From: Azolla caroliniana | Taxonomy: Eukaryota; Plantae; Polypodiophyta | NCBI GenBank assembly: GCA_043228905.1 | Contig: JBHGNT010000025.1 | Location: forward strand, 468,056-532,055 | Direction of reading: 5' to 3' | DNA length: 64,000 nucleotides | Shown here: piece after piece, positions 26,001-39,900 of the stretch | How positions within the stretch are numbered: the first letter of the stretch is position 1 | How the letters are laid out: every line of letters starts with the position of its first letter | Program-made: the position numbers and the translations under genes | The notes under the pieces: model-generated | The model's database searches: none | Told to the model about the DNA's origin: nothing | What the model saw: the letters and a program-made list of their open reading frames with translations, nothing else

Positions 26001-29000
26001 AAAATGTTCATACCTGGCTCGTGTGATATCGGATTTTTGTGTTCAAACATGCGAATCGAAGCTAACAATGCTAGCTATGACATGGTATTAAAAAATCAAG
26101 ATTTTGAAACTCAGGTCGAGAGATATGAAGAAATTAGCAATCTTGAGGAGGGAGTTGAGAGGAGCCCTTGAGTAAATTAAAATGTTCATACCTGGCTCGT
26201 GTGATATCGGATTTTTGTGTTCAAACATGCGAATCGAAGCTAACAACGCTAGCTATGATATGGTATTAAAAAATCATGATTTTGAAACTCAGGTCGAGAG
26301 AGATGACGAAATTACCAAATTGGAGGAGGGAGTTGAGAGGAGCCCTTGAGTATATTAAAATGTTCATACCTGGCGCGTGTGATATCGGATTTTTGTGTTC
26401 CAACATGCGAATCGAAGCTAACAACGCTAGCTATGACATGGTATTAAAAAATCAAGATTTTGAAACTCAGGTCGAGAGACATGAAGAAATTAGCAATCTT
26501 GAGGAGGGAGTTGAGAGGAGCCCTTGAGTACATTAAAATGTTCATACCTGGCGCGTGTGATATCTGATTTTTGTGTTCAAACATGCGAATCGAAGCTAAC
26601 AACGCTAGCTATTATATGGAACTAAAAAGTCAAGATTTTGAAACTCAGGTCGAGAGATATGAAGAAATTAGCAATCTTGAGGAGGGAGTTGAGAGGAGCC
26701 CTTGAGTACATTAAAATGTTCATACCTGGCTCGTGTGATATCGGATTTTTGTGTTCAAACATGCGAATCAAAGCTAACAACGCTAGCTATGATATGGAAC
26801 TAAAAAATCAAGATTTTGAAACTCAGGTCGAGAGATATGAAGAAATTAGCAATCTTGAGGAGGGAGTTGAGAGGAGCCCTTGAGTACATTAAAATGTTCA
26901 TACCTGGCGCGTGTGATATCGGATTTTTGTGTTCAAACATGCGAATCGAAGCTAACAACGCTAGCTATTATATGGAACTAAAAAATCAAGATTTTGAAAC
27001 TCAGGTCCAGAAATATGAAGAAATTAGCAATCTTGAGGAGGGAGTTGAGAGGAGCCCTTGAGTACATTAAAATGTTCATACCTGGCGCGTGTGATATCGG
27101 ATTTTTCTGTTCAAACATGCGAATCGAAGCTAACAACACTAGCTATTCTATGGAACTAAAAAATCAAGATTTTGAACCTCAGGTAGAGAGATATGAAGAA
27201 ATTAGCAATCCTGACGAGGGAGTTGAGAGGAGCCCTTGAGTACATTAAAATGTTCATACCTGGCTCGTGTGATATCGGATTTTTGTGTTCAAACATGCGA
27301 ATCGAAGCTAACAACGCTAGCTATGACATGGTATTAAAAAATCATGATTTTGAAACTCAGGTCGAGAAATATGAAGAAATTAGCAATCTTTAGGAGGGAG
27401 TTGAGAGGAGCCATTGAGTAAATTAAAATGTTCATACATGGCTCGTGTGATATCGGATTTTTGTGTTCAAACATGTGAATCGAAGCTAACAACGCTAGCT
27501 ATTCTATGGAACTAAAAAATCAAGATTTTGAAATTGAGGTCGAGAGACATGAAGAAATTAGCAATCTTGAGGAGGGAGTTGAGAGGAGCCCTTGAGTACA
27601 TTAAAATGTTTATACCTGGCTCGTGTGATATCGGATTTTTGTGTTCAAACATGCGAATCGAAGCTAACAACGCTAGCTATGACATGGTATTAAAAAATCA
27701 AGATATTGAAACTCAGGTCGAGAGATATGAAGAAATTAGCAATCTTGAGGAGGGAGTTGAGAGGAGCCCTTGAGTAAATTAAAATGTTCATACCTGGCTC
27801 GTGTGATATCGGATTTTTGTGTTCAAACATGCGAATCGAAGCTAACAATGCTAGCTATGACATGGTATTAAAAAATCAAGATTTTGAAACTCAAGTCGAG
27901 AGACATGACGAAATTACCTAATTTGAGGAGGGAGTTGAGACGACCTAGTAGGTAAATTAAAATGTTCATACCTGGCTCGTGTGATATCGGATTTTTGTGT
28001 TCAAACATGCGAATCGAAGCTAACAATGCTAGCTATGACATGGTATTAAAAAATCAAGATTTTGAAACTCAAGTCGAGAGATATGAAGAAATTAGCAATC
28101 TTGAGGAGGGAGTTGAGAGGAGCCCTTGAGTAAATTAAAATGTTCATACCTGGCTCGTGTGATATCGGATTTTTGTGTTCAACCATGCGAATCAAAGCTA
28201 ACAACGCTACCTATGATATGGAACTAAAAAATCATGATTTTGAAACTCAGGTCAAGAGATATGAAGAAATTAGCAATGTTGAGGACGGAGTTGAGAGGAG
28301 CCCTTGAGTACATTAAAATGTTCATACCTGGCTCGTGTGATATCGGATTTTTGTGTTCAAACATGTGAATCGAAGCTAACAACGCTAGCTATTCTATGGA
28401 ACTAAAAAATCAAGATTTTGAAACTCAGGTCGAGAGATATGAAGAAATTAGCAATCTTGAGGAGGGAGTTGAGAGGAGCCCTTGAGTACATTAAAATGTT
28501 CATACCTGGCGCGTTGGATATCGGATTTTTGTGTTCAAACATGCGAATCGAAGCTAACAATGCTAGCTATGACATGGTATTAAAAAATCATGATTTTGAA
28601 ACTCAGGTCGAGAGATATGAAGAAATTAGCAATCTTGAGGAGGGAGTTGAGAGGAGCCATTGAGTAAATTAAAATGTTCATACATGGCTCGTGTGATATC
28701 GGATTTTTGTGTTCAAACATGTGAATCGAAGCTAACAACGCTAGCTATTCTATGGAACTAAAAAATCATGATTTTGAAACTCAGGTCGAGAGATATGAAG
28801 AAATTAGCAATCTTGAGGAGGGAGTTGAGAGGAGCCCTTGAGTACATTAAAATGTTCAGACCTGGCGCGTGTGATATCGGATTTTTGTGTTCAAACATGC
28901 GAATCGAAGCTAACAACGCTAGCTATTATATGGAACTAAAAAATCAAGATTTTGAAACTCAGGTCCAGAGACATGACGAAATTAGCAATCTTGAGGAGGG

Positions 29001-32000
29001 AGTTGAGAGGAGCCCTTGAGTACATTAAAATGTTCATACCTGGCTCGTGTGATATCGGATTTTTGTGTTCAAACATGTGAATCGAAGCTAACAACGCTAG
29101 CCATTCTATGGAACTAAAAAATCAAGATTTTGAAATTGAGGTCGAGAGACATGAAGAAATTAGCAATCTTGAGGAGGGAGTTGAGAGGAGCCCTTGAGTA
29201 CATTAAAATGTTCATACCTGGCTCGTGTGATATCGGATTTTTGTGTTCAAACATGCGAATCGAAGCTAACAATGCTAGCTATGACATGGTTTTAAAAAAT
29301 CAAGATTTTGAAACTCAAGTCGAGAGACATGACGAAATTACCTAATTTGAGGAGGGAGTTGAGACGACCTAGTAGGTAAATTAAAATATTCATACCTGGC
29401 TCGTGTGATATCGGATTTTTGTGTTCAAACATGCGAATCGAAGCTAACAATGCTAGCTATGACATGGTATTAAAAAATCAAGATTTTGAAACTCAAGTCG
29501 AGAGATATGAAGAAATTAGCAATCTTGAGGAGGGAGTTGAGAGGAGCCCTTGAGTAAATTAAAATGTTCATACCTGGCTCGTGTGATATCGGATTTTTGT
29601 GTTCAACCATGCGAATCAAAGCTAACAACGCTACCTATGATATGGAACTAAAAAATCATGATTTTGAAACTCAGGTCAAGAGATATGAAGAAATTAGCAA
29701 TGTTGAGGAGGGAGTTGAGAGGAGCCCTTGAGTACATTAAAATGTTCATACCTGGCTCGTGTGATATCGGATTTTTGTGTTCAAACATGTGAATCGAAGC
29801 TAACAACGCTAGCTATTCTATGGAACTAAAAAATCAAGATTTTGAAACTCAGGTCGAGAGATATGAAGAAATTAGCAATCTTGAGGAGGGAGTTGAGAGG
29901 AGCCCTTGAGTACATTAAAATGTTCATACCTGGCGCGTTGGATATCGGATTTTTGTGTTCAAACATGCGAATCGAAGCTAACAATGCTAGCTATGACATG
30001 GTATTAAAAAATCATGATTTTGAAACTCAGGTCGAGAGATATGAAGAAATTAGCAATCTTGAGGAGGGAGTTGAGAGGAGCCATTGAGTAAATTAAAATG
30101 TTCATACATGGCTCGTGTGATATCGGATTTTTGTGTTCAAACATGTGAATCGAAGCTAACAACGCTAGCTATTCTATGGAACTAAAAAATCAAGATTTTG
30201 AAACTCAGGTCGAGAGATATGAAGAAATTAGCAATCTTGAGGAGGGAGTTGAGAGGAGCCCTTGAGTACATTAAAATGTTCATACCTGGCGCGTGTGATA
30301 TCGGATTTTTGTGTTCAAACATGCGAATCGAAGCTAACAATGCTAGCTACGACATGGTATTAAAAAATCAAGATTTTGAAACTCAGGTCGAGAGATATGA
30401 AGAAATTAGCAATCTTGAGGAGGGAGTTGAGAGGAGCCCTTGAGTAAATTAAAATGTTCATACCTGGCTCGTGTGATATCGGATTTTTGTGTTCAAACAT
30501 GCGAATCAAAGCTAACAACGCTAGCTATGATATGGAACTAAAAAGTCAAGATTTTGAACCTCAGGTAGAGAGATATGAAGAAATTAGCAATCCTGACGAG
30601 GGAGTTGAGAGGAGCCCTTGAGTACATTAAAATGTTCATACCTGGCTCGTGTGATATCGGATTTTTGTGTTCAAACATGCGAATCGAAGCTAACAACGCT
30701 AGCTATGACATGGTATTAAAAAATCATGATTTTGAAACTCAGGTCGAGAAATATGAAGAAATTAGCAATCTTTAGGAGGGAGTTGAGAGGAGCCATTGAG
30801 TAAATTAAAATGTTCATACATGGCTCGTGTGATATCGGATTTTTGTGTTCAAACATGTGAATCGAAGCTAACAACGCTAGCTATTCTATGGAACTAAAAA
30901 ATCAAGATTTTGAAATTGAGGTCGAGAGACATGAAGAAATTAGCAATCTTGAGGAGGGAGTTGAGAGGAGCCCTTGAGTACATTAAAATGTTCATACCTG
31001 GCTCGTGTGATATCGGATTTTTGTGTTCAAACATGCGAATCGAAGCTAACAATGCTAGCTATGACATGGTTTTAAAAAATCAAGATTTTGAAACTCAAGT
31101 CGAGAGACATGACGAAATTACCTAATTTGAGGAGGGAGTTGAGACGACCTAGTAGGTAAATTAAAATGTTCATACCTGGCTCGTGTGATATCGGATTTTT
31201 GTGTTCAAACATGCGAATCGAAGCTAACAATGCTAGCTATGACATGGTATTAAAAAATCAAGATTTTGAAACTCAAGTCGAGAGATATGAAGAAATTAGC
31301 AATCTTGAGGAGGGAGTTGAGAGGAGCCCTTGAGTAAATTAAAATGTTCATACCTGGCTCGTGTGATATCGGATTTTTGTGTTCAACCATGCGAATCAAA
31401 GCTAACAACGCTACCTATGATATGGAACTAAAAAATCATGATTTTGAAACTCAGGTCAAGAGATATGAAGAAATTAGCAATGTTGAGGAGGGAGTTGAGA
31501 GGAGCCCCTGAGTACATTAAAATGTTCATACCTGGCGCGTGTGATATCTGATTTTTGTGTTCAAACATGCGAATCGAAGCTAACAACGCTAGCTATTATA
31601 TGGAACTAAAAAGTCAAGATTTTGAAACTCAGGTCGAGAGATATGAAGAAATTAGCAATCTTGAGGAGGGAGTTGAGAGGAGCCCTTGAGTACATTAAAA
31701 TGTTCATACCTGGCGCGTGTGATATCGGATTTTTGTGTTCAAACATGCGAATCGAAGCTAACAACGCTAGCTATTATATGGAACTAAAAAATCAAGATTT
31801 TGAAACTCAGGTCCAGAAATATGAAGAAATTAGCAATCTTGAGGAGGGAGTTGAGAGGAGCCCTTGAGTACATTAAAATGTTCATACCTGGCTCGTGTGA
31901 TATCGGATTTTTGTGTTCAAACATGCGAATCGAAGCTAACAACGCTAGCTATGACATGGTTTTAAAAAATCAAGATTTTGAAACTCAAGTCGAGAGACAT

Positions 32001-33959
32001 GACGAAATTACCTAATTTGAGGAGGGAGTTGAGACGACCTAGTAGGTAAATTAAAATGTTCATACCTGGCTCGTGTGATATCGGATTTTTGTGTTCAAAC
32101 ATGCGAATCGAAGCTAACAACACTAGCTATTCTATGGAACTAAAAAATCAAGATTTTGAACCTCAGGTAGAGAGATATGAAGAAATTAGCAATCCTGACG
32201 AGGGAGTTGAGAGGAGCCCTTGAGTACATTAAAATGTTCATACCTGGCTCGTGTGATATCGGATTTTTGTGTTCAAACATGCGAATCGAAGCTAACAACG
32301 CTAGCTATGACATGGTTTTAAAAAATCAAGATTTTGAAACTCAAGTCGAGAGACATGACGAAATTACCTAATTTGAGGAGGGAGTTGAGACGACCTAGTA
32401 GGTAAATTAAAATGTTCATACCTGGCTCGTGTGATATCGGATTTTTGTGTTCAAACATGCGAATCGAAGCTAACAATGCTAGCTATGACATGGTATTAAA
32501 AAATCAAGATTTTGAAACTCAAGTCGAGAGATATGAAGAAATTAGCAATCTTGAGGAGGGAGTTGAGAGGAGCCCTTGAGTAAATTAAAATGTTCATACC
32601 TGGCTCGTGTGATATCGGATTTTTGTGTTCAACCATGCGAATCAAAGCTAACAACGCTACCTATGATATGGAACTAAAAAATCATGATTTTGAAACTCAG
32701 GTCAAGAGATATGAAGAAATTAGCAATGTTGAGGAGGGAGTTGAGAGGAGCCCTTGAGTACATTAAAATGTTCATACCTGGCGCGTGTGATATCTGATTT
32801 TTGTGTTCAAACATGCGAATCGAAGCTAACAACGCTAGCTATTATATGGAACTAAAAAGTCAAGATTTTGAAACTCAGGTCGAGAGATATGAAGAAATTA
32901 GCAATCTTGAGGAGGGAGTTGAGAGGAGCCCTTGAGTACATTAAAATGTTCATACCTGGCGCGTGTGATATCGGATTTTTGTGTTCAAACATGCGAATCG
33001 AAGCTAACAACGCTAGCTATTATATGGAACTAAAAAATCATGATTTTGAAACTCAGGTCGAGAGATATGAAGAAATTAGCAATCTTGAGGAGGGAGTTGA
33101 GAGGAGCCATTGAGTAAATTAAAATGTTCATACATGGCTCGTGTGATATCGGATTTTTGTGTTCAAACATGTGAATCGAAGCTAACAACGCTAGCTATTC
33201 TATGGAACTAAAAAATCATGATTTTGAAACTCAGGTCGAGAGATATGAAGAAATTAGCAATCTTGAGGAGGGAGTTGAGAGGAGCCCTTGAGTACATTAA
33301 AATGTTCAGACCTGGCGCGTGTGATATCGGATTTTTGTGTTCAAACATGCGAATCGAAGCTAACAACGCTAGCTATTATATGGAACTAAAAAATCAAGAT
33401 TTTGAAACTCAGGTCCAGAGACATGACGAAATTAGCAATCTTGAGGAGGGAGTTGAGAGGAGCCCTTGAGTACATTAAAATGTTCATACCTGGCTCGTGT
33501 GATATCGGATTTTTGTGTTCAAACATGTGAATCGAAGCTAACAACGCTAGCTATTCTATGGAACTAAAAAATCAAGATTTTGAAATTGAGGTCGAGAGAC
33601 ATGAAGAAATTAGCAATCTTGAGGAGGGAGTTGAGAGGAGCCCTTGAGTACATTAAAATGTTTATACCTGGCTCGTGTGATATCGGATTTTTGTGTTCAA
33701 ACATGCGAATCGAAGCTAACAACGCTAGCTATGACATGGTATTAAAAAATCAAGATTTTGAAACTCAGGTCGAGAGATATGAAGAAATTAGCAATCTTGA
33801 GGAGGGAGTTGAGAGGAGCCCTTGAGTAAATTAAAATGTTCATACCTGGCTCGTGTGATATCGGATTTTTGTGTTCAAACATGTGAATCGAAGCTAACAA
33901 CGCTAGCTATGACATGGTATTAAAAAATCAAGATTTGGAAACTCAGGTCGAGAGACATG

Positions 33960-36900
33960 AAGAAATTAGCAATCTTGAGGAGGGAGTTGAGAGGAGCCCT
34001 TGAGTACATTAAAATGTTTATACCTGGCTCGTGTGATATCGGATTTTTGTGTTCAAACATGCGAATCGAAGCTAACAACGCTAGCTATGACATGGTATTA
34101 AAAAATCAAGATTTTGAAACTCAGGTCGAGAGATATGAAGAAATTAGCAATCTTGAGGAGGGAGTTGAGAGGAGCCCTTGAGTAAATTAAAATGTTCATA
34201 CCTGGCTCGTGTGATATCGGATTTTTGTGTTCAAACATGTGAATCGAAGCTAACAACGCTAGCTATGACATGGTATTAAAAAATCAAGATTTGGAAACTC
34301 AGGTCGAGAGACATGAAGAAATTAGCAATCTTGAGGAGGGAGTTGAGAGGAGCCCTTGAGTAAATTAAAATGTTCATACCTGGCTCGTGTGATATCGGTT
34401 TTTTGTGTTCAAACATGCGAATCGAAGCTAAAAACGCTAGCTATGATATGGTATTCAAAAATCATGATTTCGAAATTGAGGTCGAGAGACATGAAGAAAT
34501 TAGCAATCTTGAGGAGGGAGTTGAGAGGAGCCCTTGAGTACATTAAAATGTTCATACCTGGCTCGTGTGATATCGGATTTTTGTGTTCAAACATGCGAAT
34601 CGAAGCTAACAACGCTAGCTATTCTATGGAACTAAAAAATCAAGATTTTGAAACTCAGGTCGAGAGATATGAAGAAATTAGCAATCTTGAGGAGGGAGTT
34701 GAGAGGAGCCCTTGAGTACATTAAAATGTTCATACCTGGCTCGTGTGATATCGGATTTTTGTGTTCAAACATGCGAATCGAAGCTAACAACGCTACCTAT
34801 GATATGGAACTAAAAAATCATGATTTTGAAACTCAGGTCGAGAGATATGAAGAAATTAGCAATCTTGAGGAGGGAGTTGAGAGGAGCCCTTGAGTACATT
34901 AAAATGTTCATACCTGGCTCGTGTGATATCGGATTTTTGTGTTCAAACATGCGAATCGAAGCTAACAACGCTACCTATGATATGGAACTAAAAAATCATG
35001 ATTTTGAAACTCAGGTCGAGAGATATGAAGAAATTAGCAATCTTGAGGAGGGAGTTGAGAGGAGCCCTTGAGTACATTAAAATGTTCAGACCTGGCGCGT
35101 GTGATATCGGATTTTTGTGTTCAAACATGCGAATCGAAGCTAACAACGCTAGCTATTATATGGAACTAAAAAATCAAGATTTTGAAACTCAGGTCCAGAG
35201 ACATGACGAAATTAGCAATCTTGAGGAGGGAGTTGAGAGGAGCCCTTGAGTACATTAAAATGTTCATACCTGGCTCGTGTGATATCGGATTTTTGTGTTC
35301 AAACATGTGAATCGAAGCTAACAACGCTAGCTATGATATGGTATTAAAAAATCATGATTTCGAAACTCAGGTCGAGAGACATGACGAAATTAGCAATCTT
35401 GAGGAGGGAGTTGAGAGGAGCCCTTGAGTACATTAAAATGTTCATACCTGGCTCGTGTGATATCGGTTTTTTGTGTTCAAACATGCGAATCGAAGCTAAA
35501 AACGCTAGCTATGATATGGTATTCAAAAATCATGATTTCGAAATTGAGGTCGAGAGACATGAAGAAATTAGCAATCTTGAGGAGGGAGTTGAGAGGAGCC
35601 CTTGAGTACATTAAAATGTTCATACCTGGCTCGTGTGATATCGGATTTTTGTGTTCAAACATGCGAATCGAAGCTAACAACGCTAGCTATTGTATGGAAC
35701 TAAAAAATCAAGATTTTGAAACTCAGGTCCAGAAATATGAAGAAATTAGCAATCTTGAGGAGGGAGTTGAGAGGGGCCCTTGAGTACATTAAAATGTTCA
35801 TACCTGGCTCGTGTGATATCGGATTTTTGTGTTCAAACATGTGAATCGAAGCTAACAACGCTAGCTATTCTATGGAACTAAAAAATCAAGATTTTGAAAC
35901 TCAGGTCGATAGATATGAAGAAATTAGCAATCTTGAGGAGGGAGTTGAGAGGAGCCCTTGAGTACATTAAAATGTTCATACCTGGCGCGTGTGATATCGG
36001 ATTTTTGTGTTCAAACATGCGAATCGAAGCTAACAATGCTAGCTATGACATGGTATTAAAAAATCATGATTTTGAAACTCAGGTCGAGAGATATGAAGAA
36101 ATTAGCAATCTTGAGGAGGGAGTTGAGAGGAGCCATTGAGTAAATTAAAATGTTCATACATGGCTCGCGTGATATCGGATTTTTGTGTTCAAACATGTGA
36201 ATCGAAGCTAACAACGCTAGCTATTCTATGGAACTAAAAAATCAAGATTTTGAACCTCAGGTCGAGAGATATGAAGAAATTAGCAATCTTGAGGAGGGAG
36301 TTGAGAGGAGCCCTTGAGTACATTAAAATGTTCATACCTGGCGCGTGTGATATCGGATTTTTGTGTTCAAACATGCGAATCGAAGCTAACAATGCTAGCT
36401 ATGACATGGTATTAAAAAATCAAGATTTTGAAACTCAGGTCGACAGATATGAAGAAATTAGCAATCTTGAGGAGGGAGTTGAGAGGAGCCCTTGAGTAAA
36501 TTAAAATGTTCATACCTGGCTCGTGTGATATCGGATTTTTGTGTTCAAACATGTGAATCGAAGCTAACAACGCTAGCTATTCTATGGAACTAAAAAATCA
36601 AGATTTTGAAACTCAGGTCGAGAGATATGAAGAAATTAGCAATCTTGAGGAGGGAGTTGAGAGGAGCCCTTGAGTACATTAAAATGTTCATACCTGGCGC
36701 GTGTGATATCTGATTTTTGTGTTCAAACATGCGAATCGAAGCTAACAACGCTAGCTATTATATGGAACTAAAAAGTCAAGATTTTGAAACTCAGGTCGAG
36801 AGATATGAAGAAATTAGCAATCTTGAGGAGGGAGTTGAGACGACCTAGTAGGTAAATTAAAATGTTCATACCTGGCTCGTGTGATATCGGATTTTTGTGT

Positions 36901-39900
36901 TCAAACATGCGAATCGAAGCTAACAATGCTAGCTATGACATGGTATTAAAAAATCAAGATTTTGAAACTCAAGTCGAGAGATATGAAGAAATTAGCAATC
37001 TTGAGGAGGGAGTTGAGAGGAGCCCTTGAGTAAATTAAAATGTTCATACCTGGCTCGTGTGATATCGGATTTTTGTGTTCAACCATGCGAATCAAAGCTA
37101 ACAACGCTACCTATGATATGGAACTAAAAAATCATGATTTTGAAACTCAGGTCAAGAGATATGAAGAAATTAGCAATGTTGAGGAGGGAGTTGAGAGGAG
37201 CCCCTGAGTACATTAAAATGTTCATACCTGGCGCGTGTGATATCTGATTTTTGTGTTCAAACATGCGAATCGAAGCTAACAACGCTAGCTATTATATGGA
37301 ACTAAAAAGTCAAGATTTTGAAACTCAGGTCGAGAGATATGAAGAAATTAGCAATCTTGAGGAGGGAGTTGAGAGGAGCCCTTGAGTACATTAAAATGTT
37401 CATACCTGGCGCGTGTGATATCGGATTTTTGTGTTCAAACATGCGAATCGAAGCTAACAACGCTAGCTATTATATGGAACTAAAAAATCAAGATTTTGAA
37501 ACTCAGGTCCAGAAATATGAAGAAATTAGCAATCTTGAGGAGGGAGTTGAGAGGAGCCCTTGAGTACATTAAAATGTTCATACCTGGCTCGTGTGATATC
37601 GGATTTTTGTGTTCAAACATGCGAATCGAAGCTAACAACGCTAGCTATGACATGGTTTTAAAAAATCAAGATTTTGAAACTCAAGTCGAGAGACATGACG
37701 AAATTACCTAATTTGAGGAGGGAGTTGAGACGACCTAGTAGGTAAATTAAAATGTTCATACCTGGCTCGTGTGATATCGGATTTTTGTGTTCAAACATGC
37801 GAATCGAAGCTAACAACACTAGCTATTCTATGGAACTAAAAAATCAAGATTTTGAACCTCAGGTAGAGAGATATGAAGAAATTAGCAATCCTGACGAGGG
37901 AGTTGAGAGGAGCCCTTGAGTACATTAAAATGTTCATACCTGGCTCGTGTGATATCGGATTTTTGTGTTCAAACATGCGAATCGAAGCTAACAACGCTAG
38001 CTATGACATGGTTTTAAAAAATCAAGATTTTGAAACTCAAGTCGAGAGACATGACGAAATTACCTAATTTGAGGAGGGAGTTGAGACGACCTAGTAGGTA
38101 AATTAAAATGTTCATACCTGGCTCGTGTGATATCGGACTTTTGTGTTCAAACATGCGAATCAAAGCTAACAATGCTAGCTATGACATGGTATTAAAAAAT
38201 CAAGATTTTGAAACTCAAGTCGAGAGATATGAAGAAATTAGCAATCTTGAGGAGGGAGTTGAGAGGAGCCCTTGAGTAAATTAAAATGTTCATACCTGGC
38301 TCGTGTGATATCGGATTTTTGTGTTCAACCATGCGAATCAAAGCTAACAACGCTACCTATGATATGGAACTAAAAAATCATGATTTTGAAACTCAGGTCA
38401 AGAGATATGAAGAAATTAGCAATGTTGAGGAGGGAGTTGAGAGGAGCCCTTGAGTACATTAAAATGTTCATACCTGGCGCGTGTGATATCTGATTTTTGT
38501 GTTCAAACATGCGAATCGAAGCTAACAACGCTAGCTATTATATGGAACTAAAAAGTCAAGATTTTGAAACTCAGGTCGAGAGATATGAAGAAATTAGCAA
38601 TCTTGAGGAGGGAGTTGAGAGGAGCCCTTGAGTACATTAAAATGTTCATACCTGGCGCGTGTGATATCGGATTTTTGTGTTCAAACATGCGAATCGAAGC
38701 TAACAACGCTAGCTATTATATGGAACTAAAAAATCAAGATTTTGAAACTCAGGTCCAGAAATATGAAGAAATTAGCAATCTTGAGGAGGGAGTTGAGAGG
38801 AGCCCTTGAGTACATTAAAATGTTCATACCTGGCGCGTGTGATATCGGATTTTTGTGTTCAAACATGCGAATCGAAGCTAACAACGCTAGCTATGACATG
38901 GTTTTAAAAAATCAAGATTTTGAAACTCAAGTCGAGAGATATGACGAAATTACCTAATTTGAGGAGGGAGTTGAGACGACCTAGTAGGTAAATTAAAATG
39001 TTCATACCTGGCTCGTGTGATATCGGATTTTTGTGTTCAAACATGCGAATCGAAGCTAACAACACTAGCTATTCTATGGAACTAAAAAATCAAGATTTTG
39101 AACCTCAGGTAGAGAGATATGAAGAAATTAGCAATCCTGACGAGGGAGTTGAGAGGAGCCCTTGAGTACATTAAAATGTTCATACCTGGCTCGTGTGATA
39201 TCGGATTTTTGTGTTCAAACATGCGAATCGAAGCTAACAACGCTAGCTATGACATGGTTTTAAAAAATCAAGATTTTGAAACTCAAGTCGAGAGACATGA
39301 CGAAATTACCTAATTTGAGGAGGGAGTTGAGACGACCTAGTAGGTAAATTAAAATGTTCATACCTGGCTCGTGTGATATCGGACTTTTGTGTTCAAACAT
39401 GCGAATCAAAGCTAACAATGCTAGCTATGACATGGTATTAAAAAATCAAGATTTTGAAACTCAAGTCGAGAGATATGAAGAAATTAGCAATCTTGAGGAG
39501 GGAGTTGAGAGGAGCCCTTGAGTAAATTAAAATGTTCATACCTGGCTCGTGTGATATCGGATTTTTGTGTTCAACCATGCGAATCAAAGCTAACAACGCT
39601 ACCTATGATATGGAACTAAAAAATCATGATTTTGAAACTCAGGTCAAGAGATATGAAGAAATTAGCAATGTTGAGGAGGGAGTTGAGAGGAGCCCTTGAG
39701 TACATTAAAATGTTCATACCTGGCGCGTGTGATATCTGATTTTTGTGTTCAAACATGCGAATCGAAGCTAACAACGCTAGCTATTATATGGAACTAAAAA
39801 GTCAAGATTTTGAAACTCAGGTCGAGAGATATGAAGAAATTAGCAATCTTGAGGAGGGAGTTGAGAGGAGCCCTTGAGTACATTAAAATGTTCATACCTG

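Noticed and set aside
28511-28520. GT>TG dinucleotide swap (GCGTTGGA at 28515, 29939, 46849) as a recurrent mutation hotspot
   Set aside because: The three copies sit in duplicated blocks (offsets of 8 and 95 monomers), so one event copied twice explains them.
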